Part shown: piece by piece, positions 28,336-37,338 of the stretch
Position numbering within the stretch: the stretch's first letter is position 1
Layout: every line of letters starts with the position of its first letter
Assembly (NCBI GenBank): GCA_002418265.1
Contig: DIDS01000009.1
Location: 58,764 to 122,763, forward strand
Reading direction: 5' to 3'
DNA: 64,000 nucleotides
Origin: Acidimicrobiia bacterium UBA5794
Lineage (GTDB): Bacteria > Actinomycetota > Acidimicrobiia > Spongiisociales > UBA5794
Notes under the pieces: model-generated
Database searches by the model: none
The model's input: only the letters and a program-made list of their open reading frames with translations
What the model was told of the DNA's origin: nothing
Made by a program: the position numbers and the translations under genes

Positions 28336-28569
28336 CTATGCAGCGGCCGTGTCTGACTTTCTACCCTTGCGGATGCCGGCAACGGTTGCTTCCTGAATGG
28401 TCGCCAGCTGCTCTTGGCCAACACGGCCCTCAAGCTTGGACGCGAGATATGCCCGAATCTCCTCATCGCTCATGGCTTCGAGACGCTTCTTGGCCATGAA
28501 CGAGGCAACGGCCCCCGCGACAGCGCCAACAACCAGCATGAACATCAACATCTTGAACAGCTTCTTCAT
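28336..28569 (-). CDS. small membrane protein
   Basis: MKKLFKMLMFMLVVGAVAGAVASFMAKKR: a single TM segment followed by a charged tail. Confidence 0.35.
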   Translation of the reverse strand: MKKLFKMLMFMLVVGAVAGAVASFMAKKRLEAMSDEEIRAYLASKLEGRVGQEQLATIQEATVAGIRKGRKSDTAAA

Positions 28570-28613
28570 GGTTTCTCCAATGGTCGTGCGGTTGGCGGCG
28601 GTTCCGCCATCGA

Positions 28614-29483
28614 TCAGCTGGCCGACAGCCAACTGATGAACTCTGAAAGTGTACGAAGGCTGTCGGGATCATCGACGGTCTCAGCGAATCGCAACGCCGC
28701 GGCGTCAAGGTCTGCGCGGGACCAGGGGCCAAAGGATGCCCCTGGCTCACCCTTGGCGAGAAATGCAACGAGCTCCTCGACGGTGAAGCGACCTGCGGTT
28801 ACCTCGCGCCCTACGACAAGGCCGGCGAGTCTCTTACCGCTCGCGCCGATTGCCATCAACCGTGCAACGTCATCGAGATCTCGCACCCCTCCGGCTGCAA
28901 TCACGGGTTCGTCCACAAGCCTCACTGCCATCTCAAGTACATCGAAGTACGGTGGTTCTTGGAGGGCATCGCGGCCAACCTCGGTGATCATGAACCCGGC
29001 AGCACCACCGCTCGACATGTTGATGAGGGCTTCTTCGAGATACTCACCCGTTTCCTCGGTCCATCCACGGATGAGGATCTCGGTATCTGGCTTGACGTCA
29101 AGCGACACCACGATGCGATGCGGATGCTTTCGATTCAGTTCCCAGAACGCCACCTGATCAATGATCGCAAGGGTTCCGATCACGACCCGCCACGCACCCA
29201 TGCCGAGGAGACGCTGAACCTCCCGTTCGGATCTGATGCCCCCACCGACTTGGACCGGTACATCCACAGCTTTGATGATGTCTGCAATCAAGTCTCGGTT
29301 CTTGTAGTCACCGTGGGCCGCTGCGTTGAGATCCGTGATGTGGAGCCGATCCGCCCCCTTGGATACCCAGCCCTTGGCACGATTGACCGGATCGTCGTCG
29401 AGGGGGATGACCTCGGCAATGTCACCATGCGGAAGCCGAACGGCCATGCCATCGAGAATGTTGACGCGTGCGTAGAGATCCAT
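28614..29483 (-). CDS. HisA/HisF-family (beta/alpha)8-barrel, PriA-like phosphoribosyl isomerase with C-terminal extension
   Basis: N-terminal LDGMAVRLPHGD, phosphate-binding VGGGIRS and AAGGVRDLDDV blocks. 289 aa. Confidence 0.7.
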   Translation of the reverse strand: MDLYARVNILDGMAVRLPHGDIAEVIPLDDDPVNRAKGWVSKGADRLHITDLNAAAHGDYKNRDLIADIIKAVDVPVQVGGGIRSEREVQRLLGMGAWRVVIGTLAIIDQVAFWELNRKHPHRIVVSLDVKPDTEILIRGWTEETGEYLEEALINMSSGGAAGFMITEVGRDALQEPPYFDVLEMAVRLVDEPVIAAGGVRDLDDVARLMAIGASGKRLAGLVVGREVTAGRFTVEELVAFLAKGEPGASFGPWSRADLDAAALRFAETVDDPDSLRTLSEFISWLSAS

Positions 29484-29526
29484 GTCTGGAGCTTACTGCC
29501 TGTGCACACGAGCGTTTCGCCGGGCA

Positions 29527-29623
29527 GTCAGACGTCAGACGTCAAGTGACCGATGACCGATGACCGATGACCGATGACCCAAGACCGAAGACCGAAGTCA
29601 AGGGTTCAGTCGCTGGACTCCAA
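29527..29623. repeat. heptamer microsatellite locus I
   Basis: cagacgtcagacgtcaagt, then (gaccgat)x5, then gacccaagaccgaagaccgaagtcaag. Confidence 0.85.
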
Positions 29624-29642
29624 GGAACCCGCTTCGGGTTCC
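29624..29642. terminator. hairpin ggaacccg-ctt-cgggttcc
   Basis: 8-bp stem. Paralogous to the hairpin at 24655. Confidence 0.45.
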
Positions 29643-29669
29643 CGAAGTCAGAAGCTGTGAGGTGAAAGC

Positions 29670-29683
29670 AGCCGCTTGCGGCT
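29670..29683. terminator. hairpin agccgc-tt-gcggct abutting the infA stop
   Basis: 6-bp GC stem immediately 3' of the IF-1 gene on the minus strand. Confidence 0.35.
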
Positions 29684-29919
29684 CAGCGGTATCTCCACAC
29701 GATGCGTCCCATCGACGGGTCGTAGGCCGACACATCCACTTCGACGGCGTCGCCGGGAATGATGCGGATCATGCGACCTTTTCGCATCTTCCCTGAGGCG
29801 CGGGCGGTGACTTCATGGCCCGTTTCGAGCTTGACGCGGAAGGTCGCGTTGGGAAGCGTCTCCACCACAACACCTTTCGCCCTGAAGTAGTCGTCCTTGC
29901 CTGCGATGAGGTTCTCCAA
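29683..29919 (-). CDS. infA: translation initiation factor IF-1
   Basis: S1-fold sequence AGKDDYFRAKGVVVETLPNATFRVKLETGHEVTARASGKMRKGRMIRIIPGDAVEVDVSAYDPSMGRIVWRYR aligns to IF-1. Start uncertain: TTG at 29919, GTG at 29940, or a non-canonical ATC at 29907 preceded by GGAGAA. Confidence 0.7.
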   Translation of the reverse strand: MENLIAGKDDYFRAKGVVVETLPNATFRVKLETGHEVTARASGKMRKGRMIRIIPGDAVEVDVSAYDPSMGRIVWRYR

Positions 29920-30042
29920 TCGTTCGGTCGGCTCACACACGATGAGTGCGCATGAACCCGTGACCGTATCTGCACGCAAGAGTACCGCTTCGAAACGGCT
30001 TCTGGCACCCTCCCATCCCGCAGTCCGACATGATCGTTACCG

Positions 30043-31062
30043 ATGCTTCAACAGCGACGAACGACCGGTACCGTGAGGCAGATGCACAGCCGGTTCATGA
30101 ACCTCTCCAAGCTGAGTCCCCGAGTGCGCATCACCAACACGACTGTCGGGCTCTTCACACACACCGACTACCCCCTTGCCCATTCGCTCGATCATCTCGG
30201 GGATCCCGGGCTCTTCGGACCTGGATCCTCGACATGGAGAGTCATTGGGGATGTGAGCGCGATGATCGGTGGCATTCGGGCGCTCCTCATCCAATCGGCC
30301 CATCCCGAAGTGGTGGCCGGAGTCGCCGACCACTCTGATTATCGACAAGATCCACTGGGCCGCCTTTCCCGAACGACGGCATATGTGACCGCGACGGCCT
30401 ACGGTGCAATGCCAGAAGTCGAAGAAGCACTGACCGTTGTCCGTCTGGCCCATCGCCCGGTCGAGGGCGTTTCCGAACGCGGGATCTCGTATTCGGCTGG
30501 TAACACTGACCACGCATCGTGGGTCCACAACGTTCTTGTGGACTCTTTCCTTACGGCCTACCAGGTCTTTTCCCGATCACCCATCAACGATGAGGCTGCC
30601 GACCGTTTCGTGTCCGAACAAACCCGACTCGGTCGCAAACTCAGCGCAACGGACACACCCACGACGCGCGCCGCCCTCTCGTCGTGGATCATCGAACATG
30701 ACGCGATAGGGCCATCAGATGCGATGCATGACACCGTCTCGTTCCTGTCGAATCCCCCTCTTCCGACGGCTGCACTCCTCGGGTACCGCAGGCTGTTTGC
30801 AGCCGCCGTTGCGACAATCCCAGGTTCCATCGTCAGGATCCTTGGGGTATCGCCGGGTCCGGGAGCCCTACCAATGGGACGAAAGGCGGCTTCGCTCCTC
30901 CGCTGGTCGCTTGGTGCATCACCATCTTGGCTGCTCGCCCTTGATCGGATGAACACCGCAGCGCCCCCAGATGTGATCTTCCGACGTCCGCCACCGATTG
31001 AAGGTGGCGATCAGGTGTTCGCACGCTGGAGAATGCGGCAAACCAGCGGTCAGTCCACTTAG
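30043..31062 (+). CDS. DUF2236-domain oxygenase (MpaB/LcpA-RoxA catalytic-domain family)
   Basis: WRVIGDVSAMIGGIRALLIQSAHPEVVAGVADHSDYRQDPLGRLSRTTAY matches the DUF2236 consensus. Start could be the internal M at 30082. Confidence 0.6.
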   Translation: MLQQRRTTGTVRQMHSRFMNLSKLSPRVRITNTTVGLFTHTDYPLAHSLDHLGDPGLFGPGSSTWRVIGDVSAMIGGIRALLIQSAHPEVVAGVADHSDYRQDPLGRLSRTTAYVTATAYGAMPEVEEALTVVRLAHRPVEGVSERGISYSAGNTDHASWVHNVLVDSFLTAYQVFSRSPINDEAADRFVSEQTRLGRKLSATDTPTTRAALSSWIIEHDAIGPSDAMHDTVSFLSNPPLPTAALLGYRRLFAAAVATIPGSIVRILGVSPGPGALPMGRKAASLLRWSLGASPSWLLALDRMNTAAPPDVIFRRPPPIEGGDQVFARWRMRQTSGQST

Positions 31063-32252
31063 CCTGGCGTCCCCCAGAGAGCTTCCCTCAGCTTGACCCT
31101 GCCACCCGTTTGCAAGGCAGCACCGCGATAGATGCGTGCCGACACACGGACCACGAGCCACAAGAACACAAGGATGAGAGCGATCGAGAGTGCAACCTCC
31201 CACCATGCCGCATCGCCCTGGGCAATCCGTACGGGCATGACGATTGGCGCCCACAGCGGAACAAACGACGCAACACGCGTCCATACGTTGACCTCACCCA
31301 CTGACAGGGACACGACGAGGTATGCGGGCATCAGCAACATGACAGGCACAAACGCGACACTTTGGAGGTCTTCGAGTCTGGACACCGTCGCACCCGTTGC
31401 CGCATAAATGAAGCTGAACATGAGGTACCCGAGCACGAACCAAAAAACGAGCGACACGATCCCAGCAATCCCTATCGCCGAGAGGTCAATTCCCTCAAGA
31501 GCGTCGTTCCCTATATAGAACAGGGCACCGGCAGCAGAGGCGACGATCACCCCAACTTGCAGGAGACCGAGTGTTCCGATTCCGAGCACCTTGCCAACGA
31601 GAAGCGAGGTGGAATCAATTCTCGAAAGCAGAACCTCTATGACACGGTTCTGCTTCTCCTCAACAACCCCATATGCCACAAACTGTCCGAACACCATGAT
31701 CGCGACAAAGAGCAGGATCGCACCCATGAAGGCGACAATCGCCCGGACCTCGTCTGCGTCGCCCGAATCGTCGGTCTCCACGTAACTGAGGGTGATCGGT
31801 TGAACAATCGCGGAGATCTCACTCTCTGAAAGGCCAAGCTCCTGCCCTGCGACACGTCTTCCTGCAACATTGACGGCCGTTGAAAGGATGACGGTCTCGT
31901 CAAGGGAGGCACCCGAGGATGTGACCACCGTCGAGCTATCCACGAGCAACACGTCCACATCCCCGTCTTCAAGGGCGGTGTCCGCTGCCTGTGTGGACGG
32001 GTATGTCGTGATCGTGACCTGCTGTTCGACGGTTTCAGCAACGGTCTCAATGTCCCCTTCAAGGCCGGGGATGACATCTCCTGCCAAACCGATGTGGATG
32101 GGCCGGGAGGAAGGATTGATGAACGACAGGGCGATGATCCCGCCACCAACGAGAAGCGCCATTGCAACGAGCATGACTCGGAATACGGTGGATCGCGACC
32201 GTTCGACGATCTCGCGCTTGGCAACGATTGTGATCTGGTCGATTCGTCTCAT
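31059..32252 (-). CDS. ABC-2 type transporter permease
   Basis: 397 aa. N-terminal TM segment, a large extracytoplasmic loop and C-terminal 5-TM ABC-2 topology. ATGA-coupled to the upstream ATPase gene. Confidence 0.7.
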   Translation of the reverse strand: MRRIDQITIVAKREIVERSRSTVFRVMLVAMALLVGGGIIALSFINPSSRPIHIGLAGDVIPGLEGDIETVAETVEQQVTITTYPSTQAADTALEDGDVDVLLVDSSTVVTSSGASLDETVILSTAVNVAGRRVAGQELGLSESEISAIVQPITLSYVETDDSGDADEVRAIVAFMGAILLFVAIMVFGQFVAYGVVEEKQNRVIEVLLSRIDSTSLLVGKVLGIGTLGLLQVGVIVASAAGALFYIGNDALEGIDLSAIGIAGIVSLVFWFVLGYLMFSFIYAATGATVSRLEDLQSVAFVPVMLLMPAYLVVSLSVGEVNVWTRVASFVPLWAPIVMPVRIAQGDAAWWEVALSIALILVFLWLVVRVSARIYRGAALQTGGRVKLREALWGTPG

Positions 32253-33130
32253 TCGGACACCGCATCCCGGAACAGATCCTGGAGACCGGGCGCCCGGTAC
32301 GAAAACCGCGTGATGTTGCCCTCCGCCCTGGCTGCGGACAGCAGCCGATCAACGGAAATCGAAGCATCAACGATGTCATGGCTGTCACCGCCGCTCACCA
32401 CCGTGGAAACGCCCTCGATCGACGGGGTCCATGGTGTCCCGTCGATTCGGATTTCCAGTCTTCGATATGACGCCTGCTCGCGGAGATCGTCAAGCGATCC
32501 TGACGCAACAACTGATCCGCCCTCGATGATCGCAACGTCTTGACAGACATCCTCGACAAGGTCCAGCTGGTGGCTTGAGAACAGGATGGCAGCACCCCGA
32601 TCGGCAAAGTCGTGAAGCACCTTTGACAGTGATGCGACGCCGATGGGATCGAGTCCTGCGAAAGGTTCATCGAGAACAAGCACCTCTGGATCGTGCAGAA
32701 TCGCCGTAGCGAGCTGGACACGCTGTTGGTTTCCGTGTGAGAGTTCTTGAAGCTTCGCGTCGCGGCGTTCCGAAAGACCGAGCTCATCAAGCCAATGGTC
32801 TGCAGCGTCGGATGCATCATCTTTGGCCATGCCGGAGAGCTTTCCGAAGTAGACAAGCTGCTCGTGCACCTTCATGCGCAGATACAGGCCGCGTTCTTCT
32901 GGCATGTACCCGAACCGCAGCCGAGCCGAGTCGGTGACGGGAGATCCATCGATCGTGATTGACCCTGCGTCTGGTTCAACAAGCCCGAAGACGCACCGCA
33001 TGGTGGTTGTCTTGCCAGCGCCATTGCGACCGAGAAACCCGAGAATGCGCCCTGGTCGCACATCAAACGATGTGTCCTTGAGCGCGACGACATCCCCGTA
33101 ACGTTTGGAAATGTTGGAGACCGACAACAT
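32249..33130 (-). CDS. ABC transporter ATP-binding protein
   Basis: GRNGAGKTT, LSHGNQQRVQLA, VLVLDEPFAGLD. 293 aa with a C-terminal extension. Confidence 0.85.
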   Translation of the reverse strand: MLSVSNISKRYGDVVALKDTSFDVRPGRILGFLGRNGAGKTTTMRCVFGLVEPDAGSITIDGSPVTDSARLRFGYMPEERGLYLRMKVHEQLVYFGKLSGMAKDDASDAADHWLDELGLSERRDAKLQELSHGNQQRVQLATAILHDPEVLVLDEPFAGLDPIGVASLSKVLHDFADRGAAILFSSHQLDLVEDVCQDVAIIEGGSVVASGSLDDLREQASYRRLEIRIDGTPWTPSIEGVSTVVSGGDSHDIVDASISVDRLLSAARAEGNITRFSYRAPGLQDLFRDAVSE

Positions 33131-33339
33131 GGATCCGCGAGTCTACGTTGCACGACGGTCGAAGGCCGATCTTGCGGCACGTCGCACTCAGCGGTCGGTC
33201 ACGGCCATCGCACAATGAGTCGAGCGGCCCACGAACAATGCCTTTAGCAACGTGGCGATGTGTTCGATACTGATAGGTAGGTGGGAGGCCGGCGAGGCAA
33301 ATTGTTCTCAGAACAAGGTGATCCAAACCAACCAAGCCA

Positions 33340-33565
33340 GTCACCCACCCCTTTCAGACGGAGCCCCTGCCCGCCCGGGGGCTTCGACGCGTGACAGATG
33401 CCGACGACCGACAACCGATAACCGACCTCAGAAGTCGGAGTCTGAATTCATTGGTCACCAGTCGGGCGACGGGCGGCCCCAACATAGCCGACAAGCTCAA
33501 CATCGTCCCACCCCCTTGCGGGAGGACGGGAAGAAGCGAGGTCAGACGCTGAGAGCTGAAAGCTC
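33340..33565. repeat. degenerate REP/MITE-like element plus heptamers (locus J)
   Basis: Contains gacgaccgacaaccgataaccgacctcagaagtc, cgtcccacccccttgcgggaggacgggaag and gctgagagctgaaagctc. Its 5' part is the reverse complement of the ttcgacgtcggaagcccccctgcccc core. Confidence 0.7.
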
Positions 33566-33718
33566 CTAGTGCTTTTCGCCCTTGGGAGTCACGATCCAGG
33601 TTGCAATCGCGGCAAACAACATCACGGCGCCGAGCATGGCGTACGCGACCGTTGCAAGGTCGTCTCCTGGAGGATCAAAATTGTGCGCCTCAGTGGCAAG
33701 AATGATTGCATTCATGAG
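33566..33718 (-). CDS. possible 50-aa small hydrophobic protein
   Basis: MNAIILATEAHNFDPPGDDLATVAYAMLGAVMLFAAIATWIVTPKGEKH. Below the track size cutoff and no clear RBS. The stop is followed by GAGCTTTCAGC exactly as in the gene at 59806. Confidence 0.25.
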   Translation of the reverse strand, partial: LMNAIILATEAHNFDPPGDDLATVAYAMLGAVMLFAAIATWIVTPKGEKH

Positions 33719-33740
33719 CCAGAGCGTACCAAGCCGATGA

Positions 33741-34856
33741 TCACGGTGTCACTATGACTCTCGTGCCGACGGTTGACCATTCAAACACTGCCTTGGCGTC
33801 GTCCCACAGTTGTCTGACGCATCCACCCGAGCGGTGGGTACCGAGCTGGGCGGGTGTCTGCATGGGCTTGTCACCGGGGCGGACAGGGATCGAATGGAAC
33901 CCGTACGGCCACTCGGCGCGCGCAAACCGAACCATGTATTCCATCGTGATCCCGTCGTGAGGAGCCCATGCATAGCGTGACATCGAGTAGACGCGGTAGC
34001 GGCCAACCGATGGAATACCGCGCCGACCAGAGACCTGATGGGTCTTGTACAGCTCTCCTGTGTCATCGATGAGCCACACTCGCTGACCGCCGTTGGTGTA
34101 GATGATGCGCCGGCCAGAACCCACGTCCGGGTATGGAAGAGGGGGCTTTTCAGGTGCCACCGTCCCCGTCTTCATGATGTATTCGCCAGATTCTGTCACC
34201 TGCACCACGGCATGACCACGGTGGATCTCGCCTGCTTCAATCCTCGACGAGACAGCTGCAATCGTGCCAGGTGCGGGGTCCCTGCCAAGTACATCGGAAT
34301 AGAGAACCGAAACCAACGCGTCGTCCGTGAGCACCCCGAAGCGGTCAACAAACTCGCGAGAATGCGTGAAAGCCTCTGCGATCGTGACCAGTGGCAGACC
34401 GTTCCAGTACCGGCCAGCCCAATACTCGAGTTCAAGGCTCGACGGCTTTCTATCGAACAAGCCACAGAAGAGGCGGACAATCGAGTCAGAAACCGGTCGA
34501 TCTGACCGCTCGGGTCCGTCGAACACCGTTTGGTCCGATTTGGCGCGAAGTGCGTCGGAACCCGGCACAATGGTGTCACCGGGTGATACCTGCGCCGTGA
34601 TCCACAATGCTGTTTCTCCCGGGAAACGGATCAGCGCAAGGGGATTGTCCTCTGCATCGGGGTCGTCGTCGTTGAAAGCGACATCCTCAGCAATTGCCCC
34701 CGTGGGTGTGAGGAAGGCCCGAACGGCGTTGGCTCGTCCCCCACTTGAGGTGCATGCCGAGCCCTCGGTCCCGGTGGCGTCGGCGGGTACCGCAAGCCCA
34801 GCAACTGCCACCGTGAGGGCAGCAACAACGAGACCGGCGCGTTTGAACAGCAACAT
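33741..34856 (-). CDS. secreted L,D-transpeptidase-domain protein with DUF4214-like middle domain
   Basis: Signal peptide. C-terminal YkuD-like catalytic motif HSIPVRPG...LGTHRSGGCVRQ. Central DDALVSVLYSDVLGRDPAPGTIA repeat-like domain. Confidence 0.65.
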   Translation of the reverse strand: MLLFKRAGLVVAALTVAVAGLAVPADATGTEGSACTSSGGRANAVRAFLTPTGAIAEDVAFNDDDPDAEDNPLALIRFPGETALWITAQVSPGDTIVPGSDALRAKSDQTVFDGPERSDRPVSDSIVRLFCGLFDRKPSSLELEYWAGRYWNGLPLVTIAEAFTHSREFVDRFGVLTDDALVSVLYSDVLGRDPAPGTIAAVSSRIEAGEIHRGHAVVQVTESGEYIMKTGTVAPEKPPLPYPDVGSGRRIIYTNGGQRVWLIDDTGELYKTHQVSGRRGIPSVGRYRVYSMSRYAWAPHDGITMEYMVRFARAEWPYGFHSIPVRPGDKPMQTPAQLGTHRSGGCVRQLWDDAKAVFEWSTVGTRVIVTP

Positions 34857-34882
34857 CGTGCGGGATGCTAGTGGACGTCGGG

Positions 34883-34934
34883 GATCGGATATCGGATTAC
34901 GAGAGCCAGACGTCAGACGTCAGACGTCCGATGT
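34883..34934. repeat. heptamer locus K (atcggat variants, then (CAGACGT)x3, then ccgatgt)
   Basis: gatcggatatcggattacgagagccagacgtcagacgtcagacgtccgatgtc. Contains the stop codon of the gene at 34913. Confidence 0.8.
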
Positions 34935-35362
34935 CGCCGTTTGACCTCTTCGGCGATTGCCTCATCGCTGTATTGGAGAAGGATCGGGTCCCAGGGTTTG
35001 CCGATGATCGGTGCCTCCTCAGCCTCGGCGAGGAGTTCGACAACATGATCCCGCAACGTGCGAGCCCACGCTCTGCCCTTCGCCGAAACGATTGGTGTGG
35101 TCGTTGCATCACTGTTGACACGGATGACCGAAGCTTCGATCTGAGGATTCGCTCGAGATCCACGCTCGCCATACAACAAGATGATGGAGCCAATCGGCAC
35201 ATCCTGGATCCCACCGGTGGCGATGAACTCGCCTTCGAAGGCCCATCCCGTGACAAGCGTCTCATCGACACCCGATACGATCTTCGCCCAATTCTTCCTT
35301 CGCTCATCCCCCACCAGGGGCACGTCAATCGGGACAAGAATTGGTTCATTCATGCAGGACAC
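34913..35362 (-). CDS. hypothetical protein (beta-rich, possible MOSC/PK-barrel-like)
   Basis: 149 aa with no confident family. The C-terminus and stop are encoded by CAGACGT repeats. Confidence 0.35.
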   Translation of the reverse strand: MSCMNEPILVPIDVPLVGDERRKNWAKIVSGVDETLVTGWAFEGEFIATGGIQDVPIGSIILLYGERGSRANPQIEASVIRVNSDATTTPIVSAKGRAWARTLRDHVVELLAEAEEAPIIGKPWDPILLQYSDEAIAEEVKRRHRTSDV

Positions 35363-35494
35363 ATTACCGGCGGGTCGTCGGGCGTTTGATGACGAGTGCT
35401 GGCTGACACAGCACTAGTCAATTCTCGTCGTCAACAACCATTCTCTTCCTCGATGTCATCGGTGTCGATAGCCCTATCAGAGGTATTCACCATT

Positions 35495-36529
35495 ATGAAC
35501 GAACGATCGCAGACGCTCTATACCGCTGCAGCCATTGGCTGTGGCTTGTTGTTCATTCTTGGGGCGTTTGTATCGGCAAACGGGATGGCTACCCGTGGGA
35601 TGTTTCTCACGCTCTTTGTTGCCCTTGCATTCTGTGGAACATACGTCATCTTCCTTGCGAGACGCAGCACCGACGCAGCACGACGAACGATGGAATTGAC
35701 TCGTGTGAGTGCAGACGCAACACGGCGTGAAGCGAACCTCCGAATCCAGATGCGATACACACTCCGTGATCCGATTGCGGCAATCGTCGGAGATGCCGAT
35801 CGCTTGATCTCCTCCCCCAAAATGTCCGTTGAGGAGCGGATGTGCATGCTTGAGGCGATTCGGGCCAATGCACGAGAAGTTGAGCAAGCACTCGATCGAC
35901 TTGCCCGAACCCCAATCGGACGAGCGGTCACAACACCACCAATCGCTTCCGTTGTTCTCCTCGACCAAGAGCTTGCGTCCATTGCCGAAGCGAGTCTGTC
36001 TGCTGCCAATTTCGATCTGGACATCGTCGAAGCACGAGCGTGGGGAGATCCGTCAAAGGTTCGCCAGATCCTGCGAACCCTCGTCAACATATCGACCCTT
36101 GACGAGGGTGAGCGGCTCACACTTCAGACAGCGCAGCGAGGGGCGTCAGCGACCGTAACGGTCTCTGGCAAAGGTGCGATCCTGCCATCGGCAGCCCACG
36201 CTGTGCTGTCTGAAGATGTGGACGAGCCCAATGCAACCGACGGAATCCGCACGGCCATACAGACCGCAATCGAGCTTGCCGAATCGATGGATGGAACGAT
36301 CTCGGTTGTCCACGCCTTCGGTGTTTCACATGTCGTGCTGACCCTTCCCGCACCTGACCAGAGCAGATATCTGACGCCGATAGCCCAGCGCGCTGGACTC
36401 CAAGAAACTCAAAAGAGCCAAGTCTCCGACGCCCGACAATCGACCTCGGACGCTGGGCAGAGCAAGTCTCCGACGCTGCGATCGTTGCCCACCGTGCCTG
36501 CTTCTGCGTCGCGCTCAATCAACCGCTAG
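35495..36529 (+). CDS. membrane histidine-kinase-like protein lacking the phospho-acceptor His (pseudo-HK)
   Basis: Two TM segments. DHp-like helix with RYTLRDPIAAI in place of an H-box (His replaced by Tyr). Degenerate HATPase region. S/T/Q-rich tail. Confidence 0.45.
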   Translation: MNERSQTLYTAAAIGCGLLFILGAFVSANGMATRGMFLTLFVALAFCGTYVIFLARRSTDAARRTMELTRVSADATRREANLRIQMRYTLRDPIAAIVGDADRLISSPKMSVEERMCMLEAIRANAREVEQALDRLARTPIGRAVTTPPIASVVLLDQELASIAEASLSAANFDLDIVEARAWGDPSKVRQILRTLVNISTLDEGERLTLQTAQRGASATVTVSGKGAILPSAAHAVLSEDVDEPNATDGIRTAIQTAIELAESMDGTISVVHAFGVSHVVLTLPAPDQSRYLTPIAQRAGLQETQKSQVSDARQSTSDAGQSKSPTLRSLPTVPASASRSINR

Positions 36530-36559
36530 TTTTGGTCCCCCGCACAACGGAGTAGACCT

Positions 36560-37315
36560 ATGTGTTTCGATCTCGACTCGTCTCCACCCATCGCGCCGAT
36601 CCATGGCGGAGCGGTTGAACACAGCAATCTGGTCCTGACGGCCGTGGACGGAAACCGATTCGCCGCCTTTCATGCGCGTGGAGGAGGTGGATCTGGCATC
36701 GTGATTCTCCCTGATGTGCGTGGCCTGTTCCGCTTCTATGAGGAGCTCGCTCTCCGTTTTGCCGAGCTTGGTCACGATGCCGTCGCGATCGACTACTTCG
36801 GGCGTACCGCGGGTGTGGCCAAGCGGGACTCCGATTGGGACTTCTGGCCAGAGGTCGAAGCAATGACGATCGAAGGATTGACCGCCGATGTTCACGCAGC
36901 AGTCGAGCTTCTGCGAGCCGACAATCCGGACCGCTCGGTCTTCATCGTTGGCTTCTGCTTCGGCGGTTCGAATGCGTGGCACATGGCAGCCTCGGACATC
37001 CCCCTGTCGGGTGTCATCGGCTTTTATGGAAACCCGACCCGTGTCGATTGGCCGGTCGGAGCACCTGCTGTGATCGATCGGGTCACCGATTTCTCTTGTC
37101 CGGTTCTTGCGTTGCAAGCCGGCGACGACCCATCGATACCGGTGGCGGATGACGATGCCTTCTCGAACGCGATCGCCAGGGCGGGCAAGACGGGTGAAGT
37201 CGTGATCTACGAAGGTGCGCCACATTCATTCTTTGATCGCAAGCAGGACGAGTTCGGCGAGGCATCGGCAGATGCGTGGGGCCGCATTCAGGCGTTTGTC
37301 GCGCAGCAGGTGTAA
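36560..37315 (+). CDS. dienelactone hydrolase family alpha/beta hydrolase
   Basis: GIVILPDVRGL, nucleophile elbow GFCFGG, C-terminal His (GAPHSF). Confidence 0.75.
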   Translation: MCFDLDSSPPIAPIHGGAVEHSNLVLTAVDGNRFAAFHARGGGGSGIVILPDVRGLFRFYEELALRFAELGHDAVAIDYFGRTAGVAKRDSDWDFWPEVEAMTIEGLTADVHAAVELLRADNPDRSVFIVGFCFGGSNAWHMAASDIPLSGVIGFYGNPTRVDWPVGAPAVIDRVTDFSCPVLALQAGDDPSIPVADDDAFSNAIARAGKTGEVVIYEGAPHSFFDRKQDEFGEASADAWGRIQAFVAQQV

Positions 37316-37338
37316 CCAACCGACGGTACGCTCGCCAG

